Assembly: GCA_050945495.1 (NCBI GenBank)
Contig: JBMNTA010000002.1
Coordinates: forward strand, 19,240-83,239
DNA length: 64,000 nucleotides
From: Saccharofermentanales bacterium
GTDB taxonomy: Bacteria; Bacillota; Clostridia; Saccharofermentanales; DTU023
Reading direction: 5' to 3'
Below the pieces are notes generated by a model. The model searched no databases and had not been told where the DNA came from. It was given only the letters and a program-made list of their open reading frames with translations. A program made the position numbers and the translations under genes. Positions 8,530-17,418 of this stretch are shown here, one piece after another; the first letter of the stretch is position 1, and each line of letters begins with the position of its first letter.

Positions 8530-9077
8530 TATTCAGGTTCGATCAGGCCGTAATCGCCGTCGCGACGACGATAGACGACGCAGACTTTCCCCGTCTCGCC
8601 GGACAGGAACAAGAGGAAATTGTGATCGAGCAATTCCATCTGCAAGATGGCCTCGTCGGGCGTCATGACGTCGATCTTAAACGATTTTTTACGGATGATG
8701 TTGAAGTCATCTTCCTCTTCTTCGTCGAGCAGCTCTTCGGCCAACGCCTCTTGCTGCGCAAAATACGCATCCATGTACGAGTAGTCGCGCTTGCGTTTCT
8801 TCATGCGCGTTTTTTGCTTGCGAATCTGACGTTCCATGCTGTCGATGGCTTGCTGTACGGCCGACATGGCGTCGGGCGCAACCGCTTCCGCACGGTAATA
8901 GTGCGAACGGATTTTAAAGGTGATTTCAGCGCGCACATCGATGCCTTCGGGTTGGAGTTTCACTTCACCGCGAGCGCCCTCGTCGAAAAATCGATCAAAT
9001 TTCGATAATTTTTGCTCAATGGCTTCCTTCAGGTTGTCATTGATCCGCATGTCCAGTCCAAAAATATCGAGTTTCAT
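8526..9077 (-). CDS. hpf: Ribosome hibernation promoting factor, long form
   Basis: The ATG at 9075-9077 is preceded by AAGGAGCC. The translation MKLDIFGLDMRINDNLKEAIEQKLSKFDRFF...VCVVYRRRDGDYGLIEP is typical of long HPF. The upstream 34 codons of the tracked ORF were rejected because they lack an RBS. Confidence 0.85.
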   Translation of the reverse strand: MKLDIFGLDMRINDNLKEAIEQKLSKFDRFFDEGARGEVKLQPEGIDVRAEITFKIRSHYYRAEAVAPDAMSAVQQAIDSMERQIRKQKTRMKKRKRDYSYMDAYFAQQEALAEELLDEEEEDDFNIIRKKSFKIDVMTPDEAILQMELLDHNFLLFLSGETGKVCVVYRRRDGDYGLIEPEY

Positions 9078-9198
9078 ATGGGGTGGCTCCTTTCGAACCG
9101 TCCGTTCCGAAGAATCGGCGGTTTTGTTTTCATCATTATACAGGATTTGCCAAAGTATGAGACAATGGAGCGGGCTCAAAGCCCGAGGAGGTTGTTTC

Positions 9199-10836
9199 TT
9201 GAAAAAAAGCAGTTCTCATCTCACGTGGCAAGCGATTTTGCTCGCCATTCCCGGTTCCATTCTCATCACGGCATCATCGACCTACGTCGCCATGCGCGCG
9301 AGCGCTTTGCCGTGGCCGACGATCTTCGTCGCGGTCCTGTCGTTTGCGATCATGCGGCTCTTCGGTCGGCACGACGTGAACGAAATGAACGTCGCCGCGA
9401 CCGGCATGTCGGCCGGTGCGATGGTGGCCGGCGGCCTGGTCTTCACCCTGCCGGGGCTCTTCATCTCCGGCATCTGGACGGTCGACGCCGACGCGCCCGC
9501 GGGCAACTTCATCCGCGAGCACTTCCCCATCGTCCTCGGCATCGCCTTGGCCGGCGTCTTGCTCGGCACGGCGCTCTGCTGGATATTCCGACGTCGAAAC
9601 ATCGAACAGCTCGAGCTCCCCTACCCGATCGGCAAGGCGGCCGCCTCGACCCTGTCGGCCGGCGAAGCGGGCGGCAAAAAAGCGCTCTACCTGTTCGGTG
9701 CGCTGGCCGTCGCCGCCGTGTTGACGCTCTTGCGCGACCAATTCGGCACGTTCCCGGCCATGGCGGCCTTTGCCGTGGCGGGGATCCCGATGACGTTCTA
9801 TTTCGCGCCCATGGCGATCGGCATCGGCTCCCTGATCGGCTTCAACGCGACCATCTTTTGGTTCGTCGGTGCGGCGATCACGACCTTGGCGCGCTTTATC
9901 CTGACACGTGCCGCCGCGGCCCACGGCTGGGCCGGCATGGAGGAAGCCTTCGCGGGCTGGAACCTCACGACCGCCATCGCCTTGATGGTGGGCGCCGGCG
10001 CCGGAACGCTGCTCGCATTCATCGGGCGCTCGTTTAAAAATCGCAAGAAAACGTCCTCCAAAGATCCGGGCGCATCGACCCGGGGCAACCGTCGGGTGGG
10101 CATGGTCTCGCTGATCCTCGTCGCGATCGCTTTCGTGTTGTCGATCGTCACGGGCCTCGGCGTTTTGCCGTCGATTCTCTTGATGTTGGGCGTCTTCTTC
10201 GCCGCCATGCTGTCCTCGATCATCACGGGACAGACCGGCATCAATCCGATGGAGCTCTTCGGCATCATCGTGTTGCTCGCCATCCGCGGCATCCTGAACG
10301 TCAGTGCGGCCCACGCCTTCTACATCGCCGCCATCGTCGCCGTGGCGTGCGGTTACGCCGGCGACATGATGAACGACTACAAGTCGGGCGCGATGCTCAA
10401 GACCAACCCCGCCTCGCAATTTTTCATTGAATTGATCGGCGGCATCGTCGGCGCCCTGACCGCGTCCATCGCGATTTTGGCGCTCATCCATTCTGCCGGC
10501 GGCGTCGGCCCCGAGGTGGGACTCCCCGCCGCGCAGGCGCACAGCGTCACGGCCATGGTCCAAGGCATCGGCGATCCGGTCCTCTTTGCGATCGGCGCCG
10601 TCGTCGGATGTCTGTTGACGCTCGCCAACGTCCCCGCGATGATCATCGGCATCGGCATGATGCTCACGGGGTCGGGGCTCGCCCTCCCGATCGTCATCGG
10701 CGGGCTCATCGAACTCCTGGCTCGCAAGCGCATGTCGCAGGGCGGTCAGCAGTCAATCCAAATGGCGGCCGCGGGACTGCTCGGCGGCGAAGGCTTGATG
10801 GGCACGATCCTCGCGATCATCGGCTTGTTTAAGTAG
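9199..10836 (+). CDS. OPT-superfamily oligopeptide transporter (polytopic membrane protein)
   Basis: The TTG at 9199 is preceded by GAGGAGG (9186-9192). The protein is multi-TM and Gly/Ala-rich with the OPT-like N-terminus ITASSTYVAMRASALPWPTIFVAVLSF. The family call comes from overall resemblance only. Confidence 0.65.
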   Translation: MKKSSSHLTWQAILLAIPGSILITASSTYVAMRASALPWPTIFVAVLSFAIMRLFGRHDVNEMNVAATGMSAGAMVAGGLVFTLPGLFISGIWTVDADAPAGNFIREHFPIVLGIALAGVLLGTALCWIFRRRNIEQLELPYPIGKAAASTLSAGEAGGKKALYLFGALAVAAVLTLLRDQFGTFPAMAAFAVAGIPMTFYFAPMAIGIGSLIGFNATIFWFVGAAITTLARFILTRAAAAHGWAGMEEAFAGWNLTTAIALMVGAGAGTLLAFIGRSFKNRKKTSSKDPGASTRGNRRVGMVSLILVAIAFVLSIVTGLGVLPSILLMLGVFFAAMLSSIITGQTGINPMELFGIIVLLAIRGILNVSAAHAFYIAAIVAVACGYAGDMMNDYKSGAMLKTNPASQFFIELIGGIVGALTASIAILALIHSAGGVGPEVGLPAAQAHSVTAMVQGIGDPVLFAIGAVVGCLLTLANVPAMIIGIGMMLTGSGLALPIVIGGLIELLARKRMSQGGQQSIQMAAAGLLGGEGLMGTILAIIGLFK

Positions 10837-10862
10837 CGCGAACCCGCTTTCTCGGACAACGC

Positions 10863-10889
10863 AAAGGGGGCCCGATCGGGCCCCCTTTT
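10863..10889. terminator. Bidirectional intrinsic terminator between the convergent OPT and gap genes
   Basis: AAA-GGGGGCCC-GATC-GGGCCCCC-TTTT: a perfect 8-bp GC stem flanked by an A-run and a T-run. Confidence 0.85.
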
Positions 10890-10916
10890 CAAGTGATGTC
10901 ATGTTCGACGTCGCGA

Positions 10917-12002
10917 TTACACGCCGGCTTTTTTGTCTTCTTCGGCGACGTGCAGGAGCAGGTCGATCGTGCGTTGCGCGTAACCCCACTCGTTGTCGTA
11001 CCAGGCGACGAGTTTGAAGAAGCGTTTTTCGCCCTTCAGGTTGTTCTGCAACGTGGCGGAGGAGTCATACACCGAAGAGCAGTCTTCGTGGATGACGTCG
11101 GTCGACACGATCATGTCCTTCGTGTACTTCAGGATGCCCTTCATGTACGTTTCGGACGCGCGCTTCATCGCTTCGTCGATGGCCTCGATCGAGGCGTCTT
11201 CCTTCAGCAAAACGGTCAGGTCGACCACGGAGCCCGTGGGCACGGGCACGCGGAACGCCATGCCGGTCATGATGCCTTTGACGTCGGGGCACACTTCGCC
11301 GACCGCTTTCGCGGCGCCCGTCGTCGTCGGAATGATGTTTTCGGCGGCGGTGCGGCCGAGGCGCCAATTCTTGAGCGACGTGCCGTCGACCGTGCGTTGC
11401 GATGCCGTGTACGCGTGGATCGTCGTCATGAGGCCCTTTTCGATGGCAAAGCCTTCTTTGAGCAGCACGTGCACGACGGGGGCGAGGCAGTTCGTGGTGC
11501 AGGACGCGTTCGAGATGATCTCGTCGTTCTTGGGATCGTAGGTCTCTTCGTTCACGCCCATGACGATGGTGCGAATGTCGCCTTTGCCCGGCGCCGTCAG
11601 GATGACTTTCTTCGCGCCGACCTTGATGTGGCCGATCGCCTTGTCGTAGTCACGGAACACGCCCGAGCTGTCGATGACGTAATCGACGCCCAATTCTTTC
11701 CACGGCAGTTGGGTCGGGTCGGTGCCGGCGAGAATGCAGCGCACTTTGTGCTTGCCGTCGATCACGATGACGTTCGGTTCTTCGTCGTCGGGATGGAACT
11801 TCTCGGTGGTGAGTTCGTGGTCATCCCAGCGATGCTGCGATGAGTCATACGTCAACTGATAGACGAAATAATCCGCTTTCGTGTTACGGGCGACGATGGC
11901 GACGAGTTCCACCTCGTCCTCCAACAATCCGCGTTCAACGAGTGCACGGAAGCACAGTCGTCCGATGCGTCCGAATCCATTGATTGCCACTTTAATTGCC
12001 AT
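10917..12002 (-). CDS. gap: Glyceraldehyde-3-phosphate dehydrogenase (type I)
   Basis: Motifs MAIKVAINGFGRIGR and NASCTTNCLAPVVHVL (catalytic Cys), plus WYDNEWGYAQR near the C-terminus. Confidence 0.9.
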   Translation of the reverse strand: MAIKVAINGFGRIGRLCFRALVERGLLEDEVELVAIVARNTKADYFVYQLTYDSSQHRWDDHELTTEKFHPDDEEPNVIVIDGKHKVRCILAGTDPTQLPWKELGVDYVIDSSGVFRDYDKAIGHIKVGAKKVILTAPGKGDIRTIVMGVNEETYDPKNDEIISNASCTTNCLAPVVHVLLKEGFAIEKGLMTTIHAYTASQRTVDGTSLKNWRLGRTAAENIIPTTTGAAKAVGEVCPDVKGIMTGMAFRVPVPTGSVVDLTVLLKEDASIEAIDEAMKRASETYMKGILKYTKDMIVSTDVIHEDCSSVYDSSATLQNNLKGEKRFFKLVAWYDNEWGYAQRTIDLLLHVAEEDKKAGV

Positions 12003-12168
12003 ACTTTGTATCCAATCCTTTCTTATGGATACGCGCTTCCTCTGCGCGCATTACAATCTATGCTCTAACGGCATGGCCGTCGGGCTCATGCCGAAAAGCG
12101 CCACGCCTATGGTATCACATCCCTCGACACTCTGACACGTACACACGTGCCATTTTAAATTCCATGAC

Positions 12169-12200
12169 AAAAAAGGGGCCGGAACGTCGGTCCCGGCCCC
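12169..12200 (-). terminator. Intrinsic terminator after gcvPB
   Basis: The minus strand reads GGGGCCGG-(10 nt)-CCGGCCCC followed by TTTTTT. Confidence 0.8.
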
Positions 12201-12222
12201 CGAAACGGCGTCGGAACGCCGA

Positions 12223-13677
12223 TTAGGCTTTGAGTTTCGGATCGCGCGCGGCCCGCGTTTCGTCGGGGCGTGCGATCGGCGTGTGACGCGGAGCGCCTTT
12301 CAGAATTTCGGGATCCGCTTTCGCTTCTTCGGCGATCTTGATGAATGCATCGGCCAATGCGTCGAGGTCGCGCCACGTCTCCGTCTCCGTCGGCTCCACC
12401 ATCATCGCCTCGTTGACGATCAACGGGAAGTAGACCGTCGGCGGGTGGAAACCGTAGTCGATCAGACGTTTGACGATGTCGAGCGTGGTACAGCCGCAAT
12501 GGTCTTTTTGCCATTCGCCCGTCATGACGTATTCGTGCATCGACGGCGGATCGAACGGGACGCGGTAGTATGCTTTCAACCGCTCGCGCAGATACGTCGC
12601 GTTCGCGACGGCGCCTTCCGATGCCTGACGCAAACCTTCGGCGCCGTTGCGCAGGAGGTACGCGTACGTCTTCACCAGCACGCCGTACGATCCGATGAAC
12701 GAACGGACTTTGCCAAACGATTTCGGACGGTCGTCGTCGAGGAAGTAGCCGCGATCGTTTTTACGGACGACGGGACGCGGCAGGTACGGCTCCAGGAAGG
12801 CCTTGCAGCCGACCGGGCCGGCGCCGGGACCGCCGCCGCCGTGCGGCGTCGAGAAGCTCTTGTGGACGTTCATGTGAACGCAGTCGAAGCCCATGTCGCC
12901 GGGACGCGCCTGCATGAGGATCGCGTTGATGTTGGCGCCGTCGTAGTAGCACAGTCCGCCGGCATCGTGCACCATCTTCGTGATGGTTTCAATGTTCGGA
13001 TCATAGAGACCGAGCGTGTTCGGGTTCGTGAGCATCAGGCCGGCGACGTCGGGGCCGAGCGCTTCCGCGAGCGCATCGACGTCGACGAAACCGTTCTCGT
13101 CGGAGGCGACTTCGCGAACATCGTAGCCGGCCATGGCCGCCGTCGCGGGATTCGTGCCGTGCGCGGCGTCCGGGACGATGATCACGGTGCGTTCCGTGTT
13201 GCCATGATCCTCGTGGTACGCCTTGATCAGCAAAATGCCGGTCAATTCGCCGTGCGCGCCCGCCGCCGGTTGGAACGTGTAGTAATCCATGCCGGTGACG
13301 TCATTCAAGAGCTGCTCCAAGTGATGCAACAGTTCCAGGTTGCCCTGGACCGTCGCATCGGGCTGGAGCGGGTGCGTCGCCGCAAAGCCCAGAAGCGCCG
13401 CGAGGTCTTCGTTCACTTTCGGATTGTACTTCATCGTGCACGAGCCCAAGGGGTACGTGCCGATTTCGACGTGGTAATTTTTGTTCGATAGATTCGTGTA
13501 ATGACGGACAACCGAAATCTCGTCGACGTTCGGAATGTCGGGGGCTTCAGGTCGGTATTGCGCGCCAAACCAGTCCGCCAAATCGGCGTTCGGCACATCG
13601 TTGGGGCGAACGTAGTCGCCCGCGCCGCTCTTGGAAGCGATGTCAAAAATCAAAGGGGTGTCTTTATACATGGCCAT
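12223..13677 (-). CDS. gcvPB: Glycine dehydrogenase (decarboxylating) subunit 2
   Basis: 484 aa. Motifs YPLGSCTMKYNPK and NVHKSFSTPHGGGGPG (PLP lysine region). It follows gcvPA after a 3-nt gap. Confidence 0.9.
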   Translation of the reverse strand: MAMYKDTPLIFDIASKSGAGDYVRPNDVPNADLADWFGAQYRPEAPDIPNVDEISVVRHYTNLSNKNYHVEIGTYPLGSCTMKYNPKVNEDLAALLGFAATHPLQPDATVQGNLELLHHLEQLLNDVTGMDYYTFQPAAGAHGELTGILLIKAYHEDHGNTERTVIIVPDAAHGTNPATAAMAGYDVREVASDENGFVDVDALAEALGPDVAGLMLTNPNTLGLYDPNIETITKMVHDAGGLCYYDGANINAILMQARPGDMGFDCVHMNVHKSFSTPHGGGGPGAGPVGCKAFLEPYLPRPVVRKNDRGYFLDDDRPKSFGKVRSFIGSYGVLVKTYAYLLRNGAEGLRQASEGAVANATYLRERLKAYYRVPFDPPSMHEYVMTGEWQKDHCGCTTLDIVKRLIDYGFHPPTVYFPLIVNEAMMVEPTETETWRDLDALADAFIKIAEEAKADPEILKGAPRHTPIARPDETRAARDPKLKA

Positions 13678-13680
13678 GAC

Positions 13681-15030
13681 TTACCTCCCCTCCTGTTCGT
13701 CGCAGAGGCGAAGGATCGTCTCCGCGAAGCGGTCCAACCGAGCTTTCGTCTTCTTCTCGGTCACGGCGATGAGGTAGCGGTTGCCGGGCAAGACGAGCCC
13801 GCCGATGATGCCTTCCTCCAACAGCGCCTCGTTCAGCGCTTTGAGGTCGATGCCGTCGTCGGCTTCCAAGAGGAATTCACGGAAGAACGGGGCGTCGTAG
13901 ACGCGCTTGAAATGCCCCGAGGCGGTCAACGCTTGCTCGAGATAGATGGCTTTCGACGCCGATTGTTCCGCCACATCCAACAGACCCTGCTGCCCCATGA
14001 GGGCCAACCAGATCGTCGCGGCCGTCGCCATCAGGGCTTGGCTCGTGCAGATGTTGGACGTCGCGCGTTCGCGGCGAATGTGCTGCTCGCGCGCTTGGAT
14101 CGTCAACACGTACGACACTTTGCCGTCGCGATCCACGGTTTCACCGCAGATCCGGCCGGGCATCTTGCGCATCAGGCGATCCGTCACGGCCATGTACCCC
14201 GCACCGGGGCCGCCGTACGACAGCGGCAGACCGAACGATTGCGCTTCGCCGACCGCGATGTCCACCCCGCAGTCGCCGGGGCGTTTCAGCACGGCGAGGC
14301 TCACCGGGTCTTGCGAGACCGCGGCGTGCGCGCCGACTGCGTGCGCCTGCTCGGCGAGCAGATCGAGATCTTCGACGATGCCGTAGAAGTTCGGGCTCTG
14401 CACGAAGAAGCACGCGTATTCCTTCTTCTCCGTCGGATAATCGGTGGTCCGGCCGTGCTCGTCGAGCGCGCCGACGACCACTTCGATGTCGGCGGCGTGG
14501 CAATACGTGTGAATGGTCTCGATCGTATCGGGATGCACGCCTTCCGAGACAAACACTTTGTAGCGACGTTTGTCGCGGCATGCGAGCAACACGGCTTCGG
14601 CGGCGCCGGAGGCGGCGTCGTAAAGCGAGGCGTTCGAGACGGGCAATCCCGTCAGACGGGTGATGTAGCTCTGCCATTCGAAGATGGCTTGGAGCGTGCC
14701 TTGCGAAATTTCAGCTTGGTACGGCGTATACGACGTCAGGAATTCGCCGCGACTGATCAGATGATGGACGGCCGCGGGCTGATAGTGGTCGTAGTAACCG
14801 GCACCGAGATAGCTGTCGTAGCATGCGGAGCTCTGGTTTTTGTCGGCCAACGCTTTCACGCGGTCGACCACTTCCATCTCACTCATGCCTTCGTTGGGCA
14901 GCGTGGGAAAAGTATCCTCATGGACACGATCGCACTCCGGGATCATGTCAAAAAGGTGATCGAGATCCACCCCCACCGACGCCAGCATCTCGCGGCGCTC
15001 TTCGCGGTTCATGGGCAGATAACCGATCAT
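13681..15030 (-). CDS. gcvPA: Glycine dehydrogenase (decarboxylating) subunit 1
   Basis: The ATG at 15028-15030 overlaps the gcvH stop (ATGA). The sequence MIGYLPMNREERREMLASVGV...YTPYQAEISQGTLQAIFE is typical of the family. Confidence 0.9.
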   Translation of the reverse strand: MIGYLPMNREERREMLASVGVDLDHLFDMIPECDRVHEDTFPTLPNEGMSEMEVVDRVKALADKNQSSACYDSYLGAGYYDHYQPAAVHHLISRGEFLTSYTPYQAEISQGTLQAIFEWQSYITRLTGLPVSNASLYDAASGAAEAVLLACRDKRRYKVFVSEGVHPDTIETIHTYCHAADIEVVVGALDEHGRTTDYPTEKKEYACFFVQSPNFYGIVEDLDLLAEQAHAVGAHAAVSQDPVSLAVLKRPGDCGVDIAVGEAQSFGLPLSYGGPGAGYMAVTDRLMRKMPGRICGETVDRDGKVSYVLTIQAREQHIRRERATSNICTSQALMATAATIWLALMGQQGLLDVAEQSASKAIYLEQALTASGHFKRVYDAPFFREFLLEADDGIDLKALNEALLEEGIIGGLVLPGNRYLIAVTEKKTKARLDRFAETILRLCDEQEGR

Positions 15031-15407
15031 GCATCTTCCTCCTCGCAGAATTGTTCGTAAGCGTCGGCGTCCATGAGGTCGTCCAACTCGCCGAGGTCGG
15101 CCATTTTGATCTTGACAAACCACGTGTCCCACGGCGCTTCGTTGATCGCTTCGGGGGCATCCTCGATGTCGACGTTGGCTTCGACGATCTCGCCGGACAC
15201 GGGCGCATACAGGTCGGATGCGGCTTTGACCGATTCGACCGTGCCGATGATGTCTTCCAGCTCGACTTCCGTGCCTTCGGGTTCGGGCTCGGCGTACACG
15301 ATGTCGCCCAGTTGCGCTTGCGCAAAGTCGGTCAGGCCGATGATCGCGACGTCATCTTCCACTTTCACCCATTCGTGCGTTTTTGAAAATTTCAAATTTT
15401 TATCCAT
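15027..15407 (-). CDS. gcvH: Glycine cleavage system H protein
   Basis: 126 aa with THEWV and the lipoyl-lysine motif VESVKAASD. Confidence 0.9.
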   Translation of the reverse strand: MDKNLKFSKTHEWVKVEDDVAIIGLTDFAQAQLGDIVYAEPEPEGTEVELEDIIGTVESVKAASDLYAPVSGEIVEANVDIEDAPEAINEAPWDTWFVKIKMADLGELDDLMDADAYEQFCEEEDA

Positions 15408-15488
15408 GGTTTCATGTCCTTTCTTGCGAGGCTGACCTCGCGTCGTATAGCGAAGCCGACGCGACGACGGCGTCGGCCGCCATGCACA

Positions 15489-16595
15489 TTAATCGATAAA
15501 CGGCGCTTTCACGACCGTAAACGGTTGCACGCGTTTGCGCACTTGAACGTCGACTTTCTCCACCTCGGGGGTGTCGGGGTCGACGAAAGCAAACGCAATG
15601 CCCTTCTCGAGCGTCGGGGAGAACGTACCCGATGAAATAACGCCCACTTTCTTGCCGTCGAGCAGCACGTCGTAACCTTCGCGCGGAATCGCCCGCGTGT
15701 CGCTCACGATCGCGATCTGTCGACGCGTCACGTTGTCTTGCATCGCCCGGCCTTGGAACGGACGGTCGAGGTCGACGAAGAAGCCCATGTTGGCGTCCAG
15801 TGCGTTGATCTCTTCCGACATTTCATGGCCGTAGAGCGGCATGCCCGCTTCGAGACGCAGCGTATCGCGGGCACCGAGGCCGCACGGCACGACGCCGGCG
15901 TCCATGCAAGCGTCCCAATACATGCCCGTCTTGGCGGCCGGCATGTAGAGCTCGTATCCGTTTTCACCGGTGTACCCCGTGCGCGACAGGATGAGGGGTC
16001 GGTCTTCGCCTTCGATCGGCACAAACATCTCGCGGAACCGCTTGAGGCCCTTCAATTGCTCGACGTGTTCGGGCGTGAGACCGATCCGATCGGCCATCGC
16101 CACGAGCGCATCCAGACTCTTGGGGCCCTGAACGGCAATCTGTCCGTAGAGATCCGATTCGTCGAGGATCTCCACCGCGTGCTCGCGGTCGGGATACGTC
16201 TCGCCATACACCTTCAGACTGTCGCGGATGTGGGCGAAGTCTTTGTCCTTGTTGGCCGCGTTGACGACGAGTAAATAATCCTCCTCGCCCAATGGATATA
16301 CGAGCAAGTCATCGACGGTGCCGCCGTCGGCTTGCGCCATGATGACGTAGGTGATTTGGTCGGCTTTTTTGTGCGACACGGGGCGCGACAAGAGCCAGTC
16401 GAGAAACGCGCCCGCGCCGGCACCTTTCACACGAATTTCGCCCATGTGCGAAACATCGAAAACCCCGACGTTTTCGCGCACGGCCATCACTTCCGAGGGA
16501 ATGCCTTCGTACTTAACCGGCATGTCCCAACCCGCGTAATCCACCATGCGCGCGCCGAGCGCGACATGACGGTCGTTGAGGGGCGTTTTTTTCAT
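15489..16595 (-). CDS. gcvT: Aminomethyltransferase (glycine cleavage T protein)
   Basis: The ATG at 16593-16595 is preceded by GGAGG plus an 8-nt spacer. The sequence is MKKTPLNDRHVALGARMVDYAGWDMPVKY...DVSHMGE. Confidence 0.9.
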   Translation of the reverse strand: MKKTPLNDRHVALGARMVDYAGWDMPVKYEGIPSEVMAVRENVGVFDVSHMGEIRVKGAGAGAFLDWLLSRPVSHKKADQITYVIMAQADGGTVDDLLVYPLGEEDYLLVVNAANKDKDFAHIRDSLKVYGETYPDREHAVEILDESDLYGQIAVQGPKSLDALVAMADRIGLTPEHVEQLKGLKRFREMFVPIEGEDRPLILSRTGYTGENGYELYMPAAKTGMYWDACMDAGVVPCGLGARDTLRLEAGMPLYGHEMSEEINALDANMGFFVDLDRPFQGRAMQDNVTRRQIAIVSDTRAIPREGYDVLLDGKKVGVISSGTFSPTLEKGIAFAFVDPDTPEVEKVDVQVRKRVQPFTVVKAPFID

Positions 16596-16689
16596 GCGAT
16601 CAACCTCCATAATTTCATGTGTTTAAGCGATTGGTGTCACGCGCCCGCACGAGTAAATAAACAAATTCGCGGGCGCTTGTACGGTTAGT

Positions 16690-17418
16690 CTACACGATAT
16701 GCTCGCCGTTGTGTCGTACCAAATCGGCTTCGAGGCCGAATTTGCGTTTCACGCGTTCCAGTTTGCGCGTCCACGGCCCCAAAATCGGGATCAAAAAGAG
16801 CACGGTCGCGACGGCATGGGTGAGATTGAACGGCAAGCCCGCCCCGTAGGCCAGGATCGCCGACGTCCACGTGATGGGACGCACAAACCCGATGATGTGC
16901 CACGAATCGAGCAACACGCCGTACACGAGCGGCGACACGAAGCCGTACACGTACACGGCGATCGGACGTTCCAGGGCGCCGTGATCGCGCAGCGCGCCCG
17001 CGACGTACCCGATCATCCCCCACGCCACCATCTGCCAAGGGGTCCACGGCCCCTGGCCCATGAACATGTTGGAGGCGAGCGCCGTCAACGCCCCGCACAT
17101 GTACCCGCTTCGCCGACCGAAGGCGAGCGCCGTGACGATCACGATCGCCGAGACGGGCTTGAAGCTCGGCAACGGGCCGAAAATCAGGCGGCCGGCGGTC
17201 GCGATGGCCGCCATGACCACGATGGGCAGGATCTCGCGCGCCTTCGGATGCGATCGCTCGTAATGGACGAAAAACGGCACATTGGCCAGGATCGCCGCCA
17301 GCAAAATAATGAGCGACGATTGCTCGAATTCAAAGACGGCGCAGACGACGAGCAGGACGATCAGGGCCGCAAACGTCCCCCATTCAATCGTCCGCTCAAT
17401 GCCGCGACGACTACGCAC
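16690..17418 (-). CDS. ECF transporter S (substrate-capture) component, cobalamin-type inferred from context (CbrT-like)
   Basis: It is a small membrane protein with about 6 TM helices and GPWTPWQMVAWGMIGYVAG. The GTG at 17416-17418 is preceded by GGAGG plus 6 nt and overlaps the ATPase stop (GTGCGTAG). It is the last gene of the riboswitch-controlled ECF operon. Confidence 0.65.
   Translation of the reverse strand: MRSRRGIERTIEWGTFAALIVLLVVCAVFEFEQSSLIILLAAILANVPFFVHYERSHPKAREILPIVVMAAIATAGRLIFGPLPSFKPVSAIVIVTALAFGRRSGYMCGALTALASNMFMGQGPWTPWQMVAWGMIGYVAGALRDHGALERPIAVYVYGFVSPLVYGVLLDSWHIIGFVRPITWTSAILAYGAGLPFNLTHAVATVLFLIPILGPWTRKLERVKRKFGLEADLVRHNGEHIV

Noticed and set aside
4376-8553. Plus-strand ORFs of 530 aa (4376-5968) and 775 aa (6226-8553) opposite yfbR/dgt/pcrA.
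   Set aside because: The same shadow-ORF signature applies. The minus-strand frames carry unmistakable HD and UvrD helicase motifs.
16596-16689. I searched upstream of gcvT for a glycine riboswitch.
   Set aside because: Only about 94 nt are available, and they contain a single hairpin (GCGCCCGC-N22-GCGGGCGC). I saw no tandem aptamer cores and no conserved glycine-riboswitch sequence. The hairpin may be a weak terminator for the upstream ECF operon but lacks a U-tract.
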